A stretch of DNA of 47,859 bases from Raillietiella orientalis (Eukaryota), in contig JAYWIR010000168.1 in the NCBI GenBank assembly GCA_036172245.1, positions 1-47,859 of the forward strand, in the 5' to 3' direction. The translations under genes and the position numbers were made by a program. Shown one piece after another: positions 25,966 through 38,900 of the stretch (position 1 is the first letter of the stretch; each line of letters opens with the position of its first letter). The notes under the pieces were generated by a model, which saw only the letters and a program-made list of their open reading frames with translations, searched no databases and was not told where the DNA came from.

Positions 25966-28189
25966 GTGTGGCACTTTGGCCTCTGTGTGGTATTCATGGT
26001 AACCAGTGTCGGGGTTAGAAAGAGATTGTTTCCCTTAGCTCTGATTCATTATGTGCTCCAAATAAGCAACTTTTTGGGGTTTGTAATCACTTCGAAGTCA
26101 GCAGATTTCACCATTGCACTTTTGCGCCTCTTCAGGAAGCATCAATTTGCAGTGAGTGGCAACTTCCCGTTATGGAGACCCGCACATCCTTGCAATTTGC
26201 TTGGTTCAGAAGCACATTGAGATGAGTTTGAAGTGTCCTCAGGGTGTGGCACTTTGGCCTCTGTGTGGTATTCATGGTAACCAGTGTCGGAGTTAGAAAG
26301 AGATTGTTTCCCTTAGCTCAGATTCAGAATATGTTCCAAATAAGCAACTTTTTGGGGTTTGTAATCACTTCGAAGTCAGCAGACTTCACCATTGCACTTT
26401 TGCGCCTCTTCACGAAGCATCAATTTGCAGTGTGTGGCAATTTCCCGTTATGGAGACCCGCACATCCTTGCAATTTCCTTGGTTCAGAAGCACATTGAGA
26501 TGAATTTGAAGTGTCCTCAGGGTGTGGCACTTTGGCCTCTGTGTGGTATTCATGGTAACCAGTGTCGGAGTTAGAAAGAGATTGTTTCCTTTAGCTGTCT
26601 TTGTTTATGTGTTCCAAATAAGCAACTTTTTGGAGTTTGTAAACACTTCGAAGACAGCAGATTTCACCCTTGCACTTGTGCGCCTCTTCACGAAGCATCA
26701 ATTTGCAGTGAGTGGCAATTTCCCGTTATGGAGACCCGCACAACCTTCCAATTTCCTTGGTTCAGAAGAACTTTCTGATAAGCCCGAGGTTTCATTAGGG
26801 TGGGGCACTTTGGCCTCGGTGTGGTTTTCATGGTAACCAGTGTCGGAGTTAGAAAGAGATTGTTTCCCTTAGCTCTGATTCATTATGTGTTCCAAATAAG
26901 CAACTTTTTGGGGTTTGTAATCACTTCGAAGTCAGCAGATTTCACAATTGCACTAGTGCGCCTCTTCACGAAGCATCAATTTGCAGTGAGTGGCAATTTC
27001 CCGTTATGGAGACCCGCACAACCTTCCAATTTCCTTGGTTCAGAAGAACTTTCTGATAAGCCCGAAGTTTCATTAGGGTGGGGCACTTTGGCCTCGGTGT
27101 GGTTTTCATGGTAACCAGTGTCGGAGTTAGAAAGAGATTGTTTCCTTTAGCTGTCTTTGTTTATGTGTACCAAATAAGCAACTTTTTGGAGTTTGTCAAC
27201 ACTTCGAAGACCGGCGATTTCCCCCTTGCACTTGTGGGCCTCTTCACGAAGCATCAATTTGCAGTGAGTGGCAATTTCCCGTTATGGAGACCCGCACAAC
27301 CTTCCAATTTCCTTGGTTCAGAAGACCTTTCAGATAAGCCCGGAGTTTCATCAGGGTGGGGCACTTTGGCCTCTGTGTGGTATTCATGGTAACCAGTGTC
27401 GGAGTTAGAAAGAGATTGTTTCCCTTAGCTCTGATTCATTATGTGTTCCAAATAAGCAACTTTTTGAGGTTTTTAATCACTTCTAAGTCAGCAGATTTCA
27501 CCTTTGCACTTGTGCGCCTCTTCACGAAGCATCAATTTGCAGTGAGTGGCAATTTCCCGTTATGGAGGCCCGCGCAACCTTCCAATTTCCTTGGTTCAGA
27601 ATAACTTTCTGATAAGCCCGAGGTTTCATTAGGGTGGGGCACCTTGGCCTCTGTGTTGTATTCATGGTAACCAGTGTCGGAGCTAGAAAGAGATTGTTTC
27701 CCTTAGCTCTGATTCATTATGTGTTCCAAATAAGCAACTTTGAGAGGTTTGTAATCACTTCGAAGTCAGCAGATTTCACCTTTGCATTTTTGCGCCTCTT
27801 CACTAAGCATCAATTTGCAGTGAGTGGCAATTTCCCGTTATGGAGACCCGCACAACCTTCCAATTTCCTTGGTTCAGAAGAACATTCAGATAAACCCGAA
27901 GTTTCATTAGGGTGGGGCACTTTGGCCTCTGTGTGGTATTCATGGTAACCAGTGTCGGAGTTAGAAAGAGATTGTTTCCTTTAGCTGTCTTTGTTTATGT
28001 GTTCCAAATAAGCAACTTTTTGGAGTTTGGAACCACTTCGAGGACAGCAGATTTCACAATTGCACTAGTGCGACTCTTCACGAAGCATCAATTTGCAGTG
28101 AGTGGCAATTTCCCGTTATGGAGGCCCGCACAACCTTCCAATTTCCTTGGTTCAGAAGAACTTTCTGATAAGCCCGAGGTTTCATTAGG

Positions 28190-31100
28190 GTGGGGCACTT
28201 TGGCCTCGGTGTGGTTTTCATGGTAACCAGTGTCGGAGTTAGAAAGAGATTGTTTCCCTTAGCTCTGATTCATTATGTGTTCCAAATAAGCAACTTTTTG
28301 AGGTTTGTAATCACTTCGAAGTCAGCAGATTTCACCATTGCACTTTTGCGCCTCTTCACGAAGCATCAATTTGCAGTGAGTGGCAATTTCCCGTTATAGA
28401 GACCCGCACATCCTTGCAATTTGCTTGGTTCAGAAGCACATTGAGATGAATTTGAAGTTTCCTCAGGGTGTGGCACTTTGGCCCCTGTGTGGTATTCATG
28501 GTAACCAGTGTCGGAGTTAGAAAGAGATTGTTTCCCTTAGCTCTGATTCAGAATATGTTCCAAATAAGCAACTTTTTGGGGTTTGTAAACACTTCGAAGT
28601 CAGCAGATTTCACCATTGCACATTTGCGCCTCTTCACGAAGCATCAAATTGCAGTGAGTGGCAATTTAACGTTATGGAGACCCGCACAACCTTCCAATTT
28701 CCTTGGTTCAGAAGAACTTTCTGATAAGCCCGAGGTTTCATTAGGGTGGGGCACTTTGGCCTCGGTGTGGTTTTCATGGTTACCAGTGTCGGAGTTAGAA
28801 AGAGATTGTTTCCCTTAGCTCTGATTCATTATGTGTTCCAAATAAGCAACTTTTTCGTGTTTGTAATCACTTCGAAGTCAGCAGATTTCACAATTGCACT
28901 AGTGCGCCTCTTCACGAAGCATCAATTTGCAGTGAGTGGCAATTTCCCGTTATGGAGACCCGCACAACCTTCCAATTTCCTTGGTTCAGAAGCACATTGA
29001 GATGAATTTGAAGTGTCCTCAGGGTGTGGCACTTTGGCCTCTGTGTGGTATTCATGGTAACCAGTGTCGGAGTTAGAAAGAGATTGTTTCCCTTAGCTCT
29101 GATTCAGAATATGTTCCAAATAAGCAACTTTTTGGGGTTTGTAATCACTTCGAAGTCAGCAGATTTCACCATTGCACTTTGTGCGCCTCTTCACGAAGCA
29201 TCAATTTGCAGTGACTGGCAATTTCCCGTTATGGAGACCCGCACAACCTTCCAATTTCCTTGGTTCAGAAGAACTTTCTGATAAGCCCGAGGTTTCATTA
29301 GGGTGGGGCACTTTGGCTTCGGTGTGGTATTCATGGTAACCAGTGTCGGAGTAATAAGAGATTGTTTCCTTTAGCTGTCTTTGTTTATGTGTTCCAAATA
29401 AGCAACTTTCTGGAGTTTTTAAACACTTCGAAGACTGCAGATTTCACAATTGCACTAGTGCGCCTCTTCACGAAGCATCAATTTGCAATGAGTGGCAATT
29501 TCCCGTTATGGAGACCCGCACAACCTTCCAATTTCCTTGGTTCAGAAGAACTTTCTGATAAGCCCGAGGTTTCATTAGGGTGGGGCACTTTGGCCTCTGT
29601 GTGGTATTCATGGTAACCAGTGTCGGAGTTAGAAAGAGATTGTTTCCCTTAGCTCTGATTCATTATGTGTTCCAAATAAGCAACTTTTAGAGGTTTGTAA
29701 TCACTTCGAAGTCAGCAGATTTCACCTTTGCACTTTTGCGCCTCTTCACTAAGCATCAATTTGCAGTGAGTGGCAATTTCCCGTTATGGAGGCCCGCACA
29801 ACCTTCCTATTTGCTTGTTTCAGAAGAACTTTCTGATAAGCCCGAGGTTTCATTAGGGTGGGGCACTTTGGCCTCTGTGTGGTATTCATGGTAACCAGTG
29901 TCGGAGTTAGAAAGAGATTGTTTCCCTTAGCTGTCTTTGTTTATGTGTTCCAAATAACCAACTTTTTAGAGTTGGTAAACACTTTGGAGACAGCAGATTT
30001 CACGCTTGCACTTTTGCGACTCTTCACGAAGCATCCATTTGCAGTTGGTGGCAATTTCCCGTTATGGAGACCCGCACAACCTTGCAATTTCCTTGGTTCA
30101 GAAGCACATTGAGATGAATTTGAAGTGTCCTCAGGGTGTGGCACTTTGGCCTCTGTGTGGTATTCATGGTAACCAGTGTCGGAGTTTGAAAGAGATTGTT
30201 TCCCTTAGCTCTGATTCATTTTGTGTTCCAAATAAGAAACTTTTTGGGTTTTGTAATCACTTCGAAGTCAGCAGACTTCACCATTGCACTTTTGCGCCTC
30301 TTCACGAAGCATCAATTTGCAGTGAGTGGCAATTTCCCGTTATGGAGACCCGCACATCCTTGCAATTTCCTTGGTTCAGAAGCACATTGAGATGAATTTG
30401 AAGTGTCCTCAGGGTGTGGCACTTTGGCCTCTGTGTGGTATTCATGGTAACCAGTGTCGGAGTTAGAAAGAGATTGTTTCCCTTAGCTCTGATTCATTAT
30501 GTGTTCCAAATAAGCAACTTTTTGAGGTTTGTAATCACTTCGAAGTCAGCAGATTTCACCTTTGCACTAGTGCGCCTCTTCACGAAGCATCAATTTACAG
30601 TGAGTGGCAATTTCCCGTTATAGAGACCCGCACATCCTTGCAATTTGCTTGGTTCAGAAGCACATTGAGATGAATTTGAAGTTTCCTCAGGGTGTGGCAC
30701 TTTGGCCCCTGTGTGGTATTCATGGTAACCAGTGTCGGAGTTAGAAATAGATTGTTTCCCTTAGCTCTGATACAGAATATGTTCCAAATAAGCAACTTTT
30801 TGGGGTTTGTAAACACTTCGAAGTCAGCAGATTTCACCATTGCACATTTGCGCCTCTTCACGAAGCATCAAATTGCAGTGAGTGGCAATTTAACGTTATG
30901 GAGACCCGCACAACCTTCCAATTTCCTTGGTTCAGAAGAACTTTCTGATAAGCCCGAGGTTTCATTAGGGTGGGGCACTTTGGCCTCGGTGTGGTTTTCA
31001 TGGTTACCAGTGTCGGAGTTAGAAAGAGATTGTTTCCCTTAGCTCTGATTCATTATGTGTTCCAAATAAGCAACTTTTTCGTGTTTGTAATCACTTCGAA

Positions 31101-33471
31101 GTCAGCAGATTTCACCTTTGCACTTGTGCGCCTCTTCACGAAGCATCAATTTGCAGTGAGTGGCAATTTCCCGTTATGGAGACCCGCACAACCTTCCAAT
31201 TTCCTTGGTTCAGAAGAACTTTCTGATAAGCCCGAGGTTTCATTAGGGTGGGGCACTTTGGCCTCTGTGTGGTATTCATGGTAACCAGTGTCGGAGTTAG
31301 AAAGAGATTGTTTCCCTTAGCTCTGATTCATTATGTGTTCCAAATAAGCAACTTTTTGAGGTTTGTAATCACTTCGAAGTCAGCAGATTTCACAATTGCA
31401 CTAGTGCGCCTCTTCACGAAGCATCAATTTGCAGTGAGTGGCAATTTCCCGTTATGGAGACCCGCACAACCTTCCAATTTCCTTGGTTCAGAAGAACTTT
31501 CTGATAAGCCCGAAGTTTCATTAGGGTGGGGCACTTTGGCCTCGGTGTGGTTTTCATGGTAACCAGTGTCGGAGTTAGAAAGAGATTGTTTCCTTTAGCT
31601 GTCTTTGTTTATGTGTTCCAAATAAGCAACTTTTTGGAGTTTGTAAACACTTCGAAGACAGCAGATTTCCCCCTTGCACTTGTGCGCCTCTTCACGAAGC
31701 ATCAATTTGCAGTGAGTGGCAATTTCCCGTTATGGAGACCCGCACAACCTTCCAATTTCCTTGGTTCAGAAGAACTTTCTGATAAGCCCGAGGTTTCATT
31801 AGGGTGTGGCACTTTGGCCTCGGTGTGGTATTCATGGTAACCAGTGTCGGAGTTAGAAAGAGATTGTTTCCCTTAGCTCTGATTCATTATGTGTTCCAAA
31901 TAAGCAACTTTGTGGTGTTTGTAATCACTTCGAAGTCAGCAGATTTCACCTTTGCACTTGTGCGCCTCTTCACGAAGCATCAATTTGCAGTGAGTGGCAA
32001 TTTCCCGTTATGGAGGCCCGCGCAACCTTCCAATTTCCTTGGTTCAGAAGAACTTTCAGATAAGCCCGAAGTTTCATTAGGGTAGAGCACTTTGGCCTCT
32101 GTGTGGTTTTCATGGTAACCAGTGTCGGAGTTAGAAAGAGATTGTTTCCCTTAACTCTGATTCATTATGTGTTCCAAATAAGCAACTTTTTCGTGTTTGT
32201 AATCACTTCGAAGTCAGCAGATTTCACCTTTGCACTTGTGCGCCTCTTCACGAAGCATCAAATTGCAGTGAGTGGCAATTTAACGTTATGGAGACCCGCA
32301 CAACCTTCCAATTTCCTTGGTTCAGAAGAACTTTCTGATAAGCCCGAGGTTTCATTAGGGTGGGGCACTTTGGCCTCTGTGTGGTATTCATGGTAACCAG
32401 TGTCGGAGTTAGAAAGAGATTGTTTCCCTTAACTCTCATTCATTATGTGTTCCAAATAAGCAACTTTTTGAGGTTTGTAATCACTTCGAAGTCAGCAGAT
32501 TTCACAATTGCACTAGTGCGCCTCTTCACGAAGCATCAATTTGCAGTGAGTGGCAATTTCCCGTTATGGAGACCCGCACAACCTTCCAATTTCCTTGGTT
32601 CAGAAGAACTTTCTGATAAGCTTGAGGTTTCATTAGGGTGGGGCACTTTGGCCTCTGTGTGGTATTCATGGTAACCAGTGTCGGAGTTAGAAAGAGATTG
32701 TTTCCCTTAGCTCTGATTCATTATGTGTTGCAAATAAGCAAGTTTTTGAGGTTTTAAATCACTTCTAAGTCAGCAGATTTCACAATTGCACTAGTACGCC
32801 TCTTCACGAAGCATCAATTTGCAGTGAGTGGCAATTTCCCGTTATGGAGACCCGCACATCCTTGCAATTTCCTTGGTTCAGAAGCACATTGAGATGAATT
32901 TGAAGTTTCCTCAGGGTGTGGCACTTTGGCCCCTGTGTGGTATTCATGGTAACCAGTGTCGGAGTTAGAAATAGATTGTTTCCCTTAGCTCTGATACAGA
33001 ATATGTTCCAAATAAGCAACTTTTTGGGGTTTGTAAACACTTCGAAGTCAGCAGATTTCACCATTGCACATTTGCGCCTCTTCACGAAGCATCAAATTGC
33101 AGTGAGTGGCAATTTAACGTTATGGAGACCCGCACAACCTTCCAATTTCCTTGGTTCAGAAGAACTTTCTGATAAGCCCGAGGTTTCATTAGGGTGGGGC
33201 ACTTTGGCCTCGGTGTGGTTTTCATGGTTACCAGTGTCGGAGTTAGAAAGAGATTGTTTCCCTTAGCTCTGATTCATTATGTGTTCCAAATAAGCAACTT
33301 TTTCGTGTTTGTAATCACTTCGAAGTCAGCGGATTTCACCTTTGCCCTTGTGCGCCTCTTCACGAAGCATCAATTTGCAGTGAGTGGCAATTTCCCGTTA
33401 TGGAGACCCGCACAACCTTTTAATTTCCTTGGTTCAAAAGAACTTTCTGATAAGCCCGAGGTTTGATTAGG
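28190..33471. repeat. Diagnostic monomer block recurring with 8-monomer (2224 bp) spacing
   Basis: A monomer with ggcccctg, gcacatttgcg, caaattgcag and aatttaacg starts at 28468, 30692 and 32916 (exactly 2224 apart). Each is followed by a ggttaccag/tttttcgtg monomer (28746, 30970, 33194). The monomers in between are only partly shared. Confidence 0.75.
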
Positions 33472-34861
33472 GTGGGGCACTTTGGCCTCTGTGTGGTATT
33501 CATGGTAACCAGTGTCGGAGTTAGAAAGAGATTGTTTCCCTTAACTCTCTTTCATTATGTGTTCCAAATAAGCAACTTTTTGAGGTTTGTAATTACTTCG
33601 AAGTCAGCAGATTTCACAATTGCACTAGTGCGCCTCTTCACGAAGCATCAATTTGCAGTGAGTGGCAATTTCCCGTTATAGAGACCCGCACAACCTTCCA
33701 ATTGCCTTGGTTCAGAAGAACTTTCTGATAAGCTTGAGGTTTCATTAGGGTGGGGCACTTTGGCCTCTGTGTGGTATTCATGGTAACCAGTGTCGGAGTT
33801 AGAAAGAGATTGTTTCCCTTAGCTCTGATTCATTATGTGTTGCAAATAAGCAAGTTTTTGAGGTTTTAAATCACTTCTAAGTCAGCAGATTTCACAATTG
33901 CACTAGTACGCCTCTTCACGAAGCATCAATTTGCAGTGAGTGGCAATTTCCCGTTATGGAGACCCGCACAACCTTCCAATTTCCTTGGTTCAGAAGAACC
34001 TTCTGATAAGCCCGAGGTTTCATTAGGGTGGGGCGCTTTGGCCTCGGTGTGGTTTTCATGGTAACCAGTGTCGGAGTTAGAAAAAGATTGTTTCCCTTAG
34101 CTCTGATTCATTATGTGTTCCAAATAAGCAACTTTTTGAGGTTTGTAATCACTTCGAAGTCAGCAGATTTCACAATTGCACTAGTGCGCCTCTTCACGAA
34201 GCATCAATTTGCAGTGAGTGGCAATTTCCCGTTATGGCAGCCCGCACAACCTTCCAATTTCCTTGGTTCAGAAGAACTTTCTGATAAGCCCGAGGTTTCA
34301 TTAGGGTGGGGCACTTTGGCCTCCGTGTGGTATCCATGGTAACCAGTGTCGGAGTTAGAGAGAGATTGTTTCCCTTAGCTCTGATTCATTATGTGTTCCA
34401 AATAAGCAACTTTTTCGTGTTTCTAATCACTTCGAAGTCAGCAGATTTCACCTTTGCACTTGTGCGCCTCTTCACGAAGCATCAATTTGCAGTGAGTGGC
34501 AATTTCCCGTTATGGAGACCCGCACAACCTTCCAATTTCCTTGGTTCAGAAGAACTTTCAGATAAGCCCGGAGTTTCATCAGGGTGGGGCACTTTGGCCT
34601 CTGTGTGGTATTCATGGTAACCAGTGTCGGAGTAAGAAAGAGATTGTTTCCCTTAGCTCTGATTCATTATGTGTTGCAAATAAGCAAGTTTTTGAGGTTT
34701 TTAATCACTTCTAAGTCAGCAGATTTCACAATTGCACTAGTGCGCCTCTTCACGAAGCATCAATTTGCAGTGAGTGGCAATTTCCCGTTATGGAGGCCCG
34801 CACAACCTTCCAATTTCCTAGGTTCAGAAGAACTTTCTGATAAGCCCGAGGGTTCATTAGG

Positions 34862-35973
34862 GTGGGGCACTTTGGCCTCGGTGTGGTTTTCATGGTAACC
34901 AGTGTCGGAGTTAGAAAGAGATTGTTTCCCTTAGCTCTGATTCATTATGTGTTCCGAATAAGCAACTTTGTGGTGTTTGTAATCCCTTCGAAGTCAGCAG
35001 ATTTCACCTTTGCACTTGTACGCCTCTTCACGAAGCATCAATTTGCAGTGAGTGGCAATTTCCCGTTATGGAGGCCCGCACAACCTTCCAATTTCCTTGG
35101 TTCAGAAGAACTTTCTGATAAGCCCGAGGTTTCATTAGGGTGGGGCACTTTGTCCTCAGTGTGGTTTTCATGGTTAGCAATGTCGGAGTTAGAAAGAGAT
35201 TGTTTCCCTTAACTCTGATTCATTATGTGTTCCAAATAAGCAACTTTTTGAGGTTTGTAATCACTTCGAAGTCAGCAGATTTCACAATTGCACTAGTGCG
35301 CCTCTTCACGAAGCATCAATTTGCAGTGAGTGGCAATTTCCCGTTATGGCAGCCCGCACAACCTTCCAATTTCCTTGGTTCAGAAGAACTTTCTGATAAG
35401 CCCGAGGTTTCATTAGGGTGGGGCACTTTGGCCTCCGTGTGGTATTCATGGTAACCAGTGTCGGAGTTAGAAAGAGATTGTTTCCCTTAGCTCTGATTCA
35501 TTATGTGTTCCGAATAAGCAACTTTGTGGTGTTTGTAATCCCTTCGAAGTCAGCAGATTTCACCTTTGCACTTGTACGCCTCTTCACGAAGCATCAATTT
35601 GCAGTGAGTGGCAATTTCCCGTTATGGAGGCCCGCACAACCTTCCAATTTCCTTGGTTCAGAAGAACTTTCTGATAAGCCCGAGGTTTCATTAGGGTGGG
35701 GCACTTTGTCCTCAGTGTGGTTTTCATGGTAACCAATGTCGGAGTTAGAAAGAGATTGTTTCCCTTAACTCTGATTCATTATGTGTTCCAAATAAGCAAC
35801 TTTTTGAGGTTTGTAATCACTTCGAAGTCAGCAGATTTCACAATTGCACTAGTGCGCCACTTCACGAAGCATCAATTTGCAGTGAGTGGCAATTTCCCGT
35901 TATGGCAGCCCGCACAACCTTCCAATTTCCTTGGTTCAGAAGAACTTTCTGATAAGCCCGAGGTTTCATTAGG
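34862..35973. repeat. Local dimer (556 bp) duplication
   Basis: Monomers 34862/35418 share gttccgaata, aatcccttcg and cttgtacgcc. Monomers 35140/35696 share tttgtcctcagtg, caatgtcgg and tggcagccc. Confidence 0.85.
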
Positions 35974-38900
35974 GTGGGGCACTTTGGCCTCTGTGTGGTA
36001 TTCATGGTAACCAGTGTCGGAGTTAGAAAGAGATTGTTTCCCTTAGCTCTGATTCATTATGTGTTCCAAATAAGCAACTTTTTGAGGTTTGTAATCACTT
36101 CGAAGTCAGCAGATTTCACAATTGCACTAGTGCGCCTCTTCACGAAGCATCAATTTGCAGTGAGTGGCAATTTCCCGTTATGGAGACCCGCACAACCTTC
36201 CAATTTCCTTGGTTCAGAAGAACTTTCAGATAAGCCCGGAGTTTCATCAGGGTGGGGCACTTTGGCCTCTGTGTGGTATTCATGGTAACCAGTGTCGGAG
36301 TTAGAAAGAGATTGTTTCCCTTAGCTCTGATTCATTATGTGTTCCAAATAAGCAAGTTTTTGAGGTTTGTAATCACTTCGAAGTCAGCAGATTTCACAAT
36401 TGCACTAGTGCGCCTCTTCACGAAGCATCAATTTGCAGTGAGTGGCAATTTCCCGTTATGGCAGCCCGCACAACCTTCCAATTTCCTTGGTTCAGAAGAA
36501 CTTTCTGATAAGCCCGAGGTTTCATTAGGGTGTGGCACTTTGGCCTCTGTGTGGTATTCATGGTAACCAGTGTCGGAGTTTGAAAGAGATTGTTTCCCTT
36601 AGCTCAGATTCAGAATATGTTCCAAATAAGCAACTTTTTGGGGTTTGTAATCACTTCGAAGTCAGCAGACTTCACCATTGCACTTTTGCGCCTCTTCGCG
36701 AAGCATCCATTTGCAGTTGGTGGCAATTTCCCGTTATGGAGACCCGCACATCCTTGCAATTTCCTTGGTTCAGAAGCACATTGAGATGAATTTGAAGTGT
36801 CCTCAGGGTGTGGCACTTTGGCCTCTGTGTGGTATTCATGGTAACCAGTGTCGGGGTTAGAAAGAGATTGTTTCCCTTAGCTCTGATTCAGAATATGTTC
36901 CAAATAAGCAACTTTTTGGGGTTTGTAATCACTTCGAAGTCAGCAGATTTCACCATTGCACTTTTGCGCCTCTTAACGAAGCATCAATTTGCAGTGAGTG
37001 ACAATTTCCCGTTATAGAGACCCGCACATCCTTGCAATTTGCTTGGTTCAGAAGCACATTGAGATGAATTTGAAGTGTCCTCAGGGTGTGGTACTTTGGC
37101 CTCTGTGTGGTATTCATGGTAACCAGTGTCGGAGTTAGAAAGAGATTGTTTCCTTAGCTCTGATTTATTATGTGTTCCAAATAAGCAACTTTTTGGGGTT
37201 TGCAATCACATCGAAGTCAGCAGATTTCACCATTGCACTTTTGCGCCTCTTCACGTAGCATCAATTTGCAGTGAGTGGCAATTTCCCGTTATGGAGACCC
37301 GCACAACCTTCCAATTTCCTTGGTTCAGAAGCACATTGAGATGAATTTGAAGTGTCCTCAGGGTGTGGCACTTTGGCCTCTGTGTGGTATTCATGGTAAC
37401 CAGTGTCGGAGTTAGAAAGAGATTGTTTCTTTTAACTCTGATTCATTATGTGTTCCAAATAAGCAACATTTTGTGGTTTGTAAACACTTCGAAGTCAGCA
37501 GATTTCACCATTGCACTTTTGCGCCTCTTCACGAAGCATCAATTTGCAGTGAGTGGCAACTTCCCGTTATGGAGACCCGCACAAACTTCCAATTTCCTTG
37601 GTTCAGAAGAATTTTCAGATAAGCCCGAAGTTTCATTTGGGTAGAGCACTTTGGCCTCGTTGGTGTTTTCATGGTAACCAGTGTCGGAGTTAGAAAGAGA
37701 TTGTTTCCCTTAACTCTGATTCATTATGTGTTCCAAATAAGCAACATTTTGTGGTTTGTAAACACTTCGAAGTCAGCAGATTTCACCATTGCACTTTTGC
37801 GCCTCTTCACGAAGCATCAAATTGCAGTCAGTGGCAATTTCCCGTTATAGAGACCCGCACATCCTTGCAATTTGCTTGGTTCAGAAGCACATTGAGATGA
37901 GTTTGAAGTGTCCTCAGGGTGTGGCACTTTGGCCTCTGTGTGGTATTCATGGTAACCACTGTCGGGGTTAGAAAGAGATTGTTTCCCTTAGCTCTGATTC
38001 AGAATATGTTCCAAATAAGCAACTTTTTGGGGTTTGTAATCACTTCGAGGTCAGCAGATTTCACCATTGCACTTTTGCGTCTCTTCGCGAAGCATCCATT
38101 TGCAGTTGGTGGCAATTTCCCGTTATGGAGACCCGCACATCCTTGCAATTTCCTTGGTTCAGAAGCACATTGAGATGAATTTGAAGTGTCCTCAGGGTGT
38201 GGCACTTTGGCCTCTGTGTGGTATTCATGGTAACCAGTGTCGGGGTTAGAAAGAGATTGTTTCCCTTAGCTCTGATTCAGAATATGTTCCAAATAAGCAA
38301 CTTTTTCGGGTTTGTAATCACTTCGAAGTCAGCAGATTTCACCATTGCACTTTTGCGCCTCTTAAAGAAGCATCAATTTGCAGTGAGTGACAATTTCCCG
38401 TCATAGAGACCCGCACATCCTTGCAATTTGCTTGGTTCAGAAGCACATTGAGATGAATATCAAGTGTCCTCAGGGTGTGGCACTTTGGCCTCTGTGTGGT
38501 ATTCATGGTAACCAGTGTCGGATTTAGAAAGAGATTGTTTCCCTTAGCTCTGATTCATTATGTGTTCAAAATAAGCAACTTTTTGGGGTTTGCAATCACA
38601 TCGAATTCAGCGGATTTCACCATTGCACTTTTGCGCCTCTTCACGTAGCATCAATTTGCAGTAACTGGCAATTTCCCGTTATGGAGACCCGCACAACCTT
38701 CCAATTTCCTTGGTTCAGAAGAACTTTCTGATAAGCCCGAGGTTTCATTAGGGTGGGGCACTTTGGCCTCTGTGTGGTTTTCATGGTAACCAGTGTCGGA
38801 GTTAGAAAGAGATTGTTTCCCTTAACTCTCATTCATTATGTGTTCCAAATAAGCAACTTTTTGAGGTTTGTAATCACTTCGAAGTCAGCAGATTTCACAA

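Noticed and set aside
29170..29360. Apparent compensating +1/-1 indels restoring phase
   Set aside because: The -1 allele (ggagtaataagag) recurs at ~42411 without the upstream insertion, so the pairing is probably coincidental.
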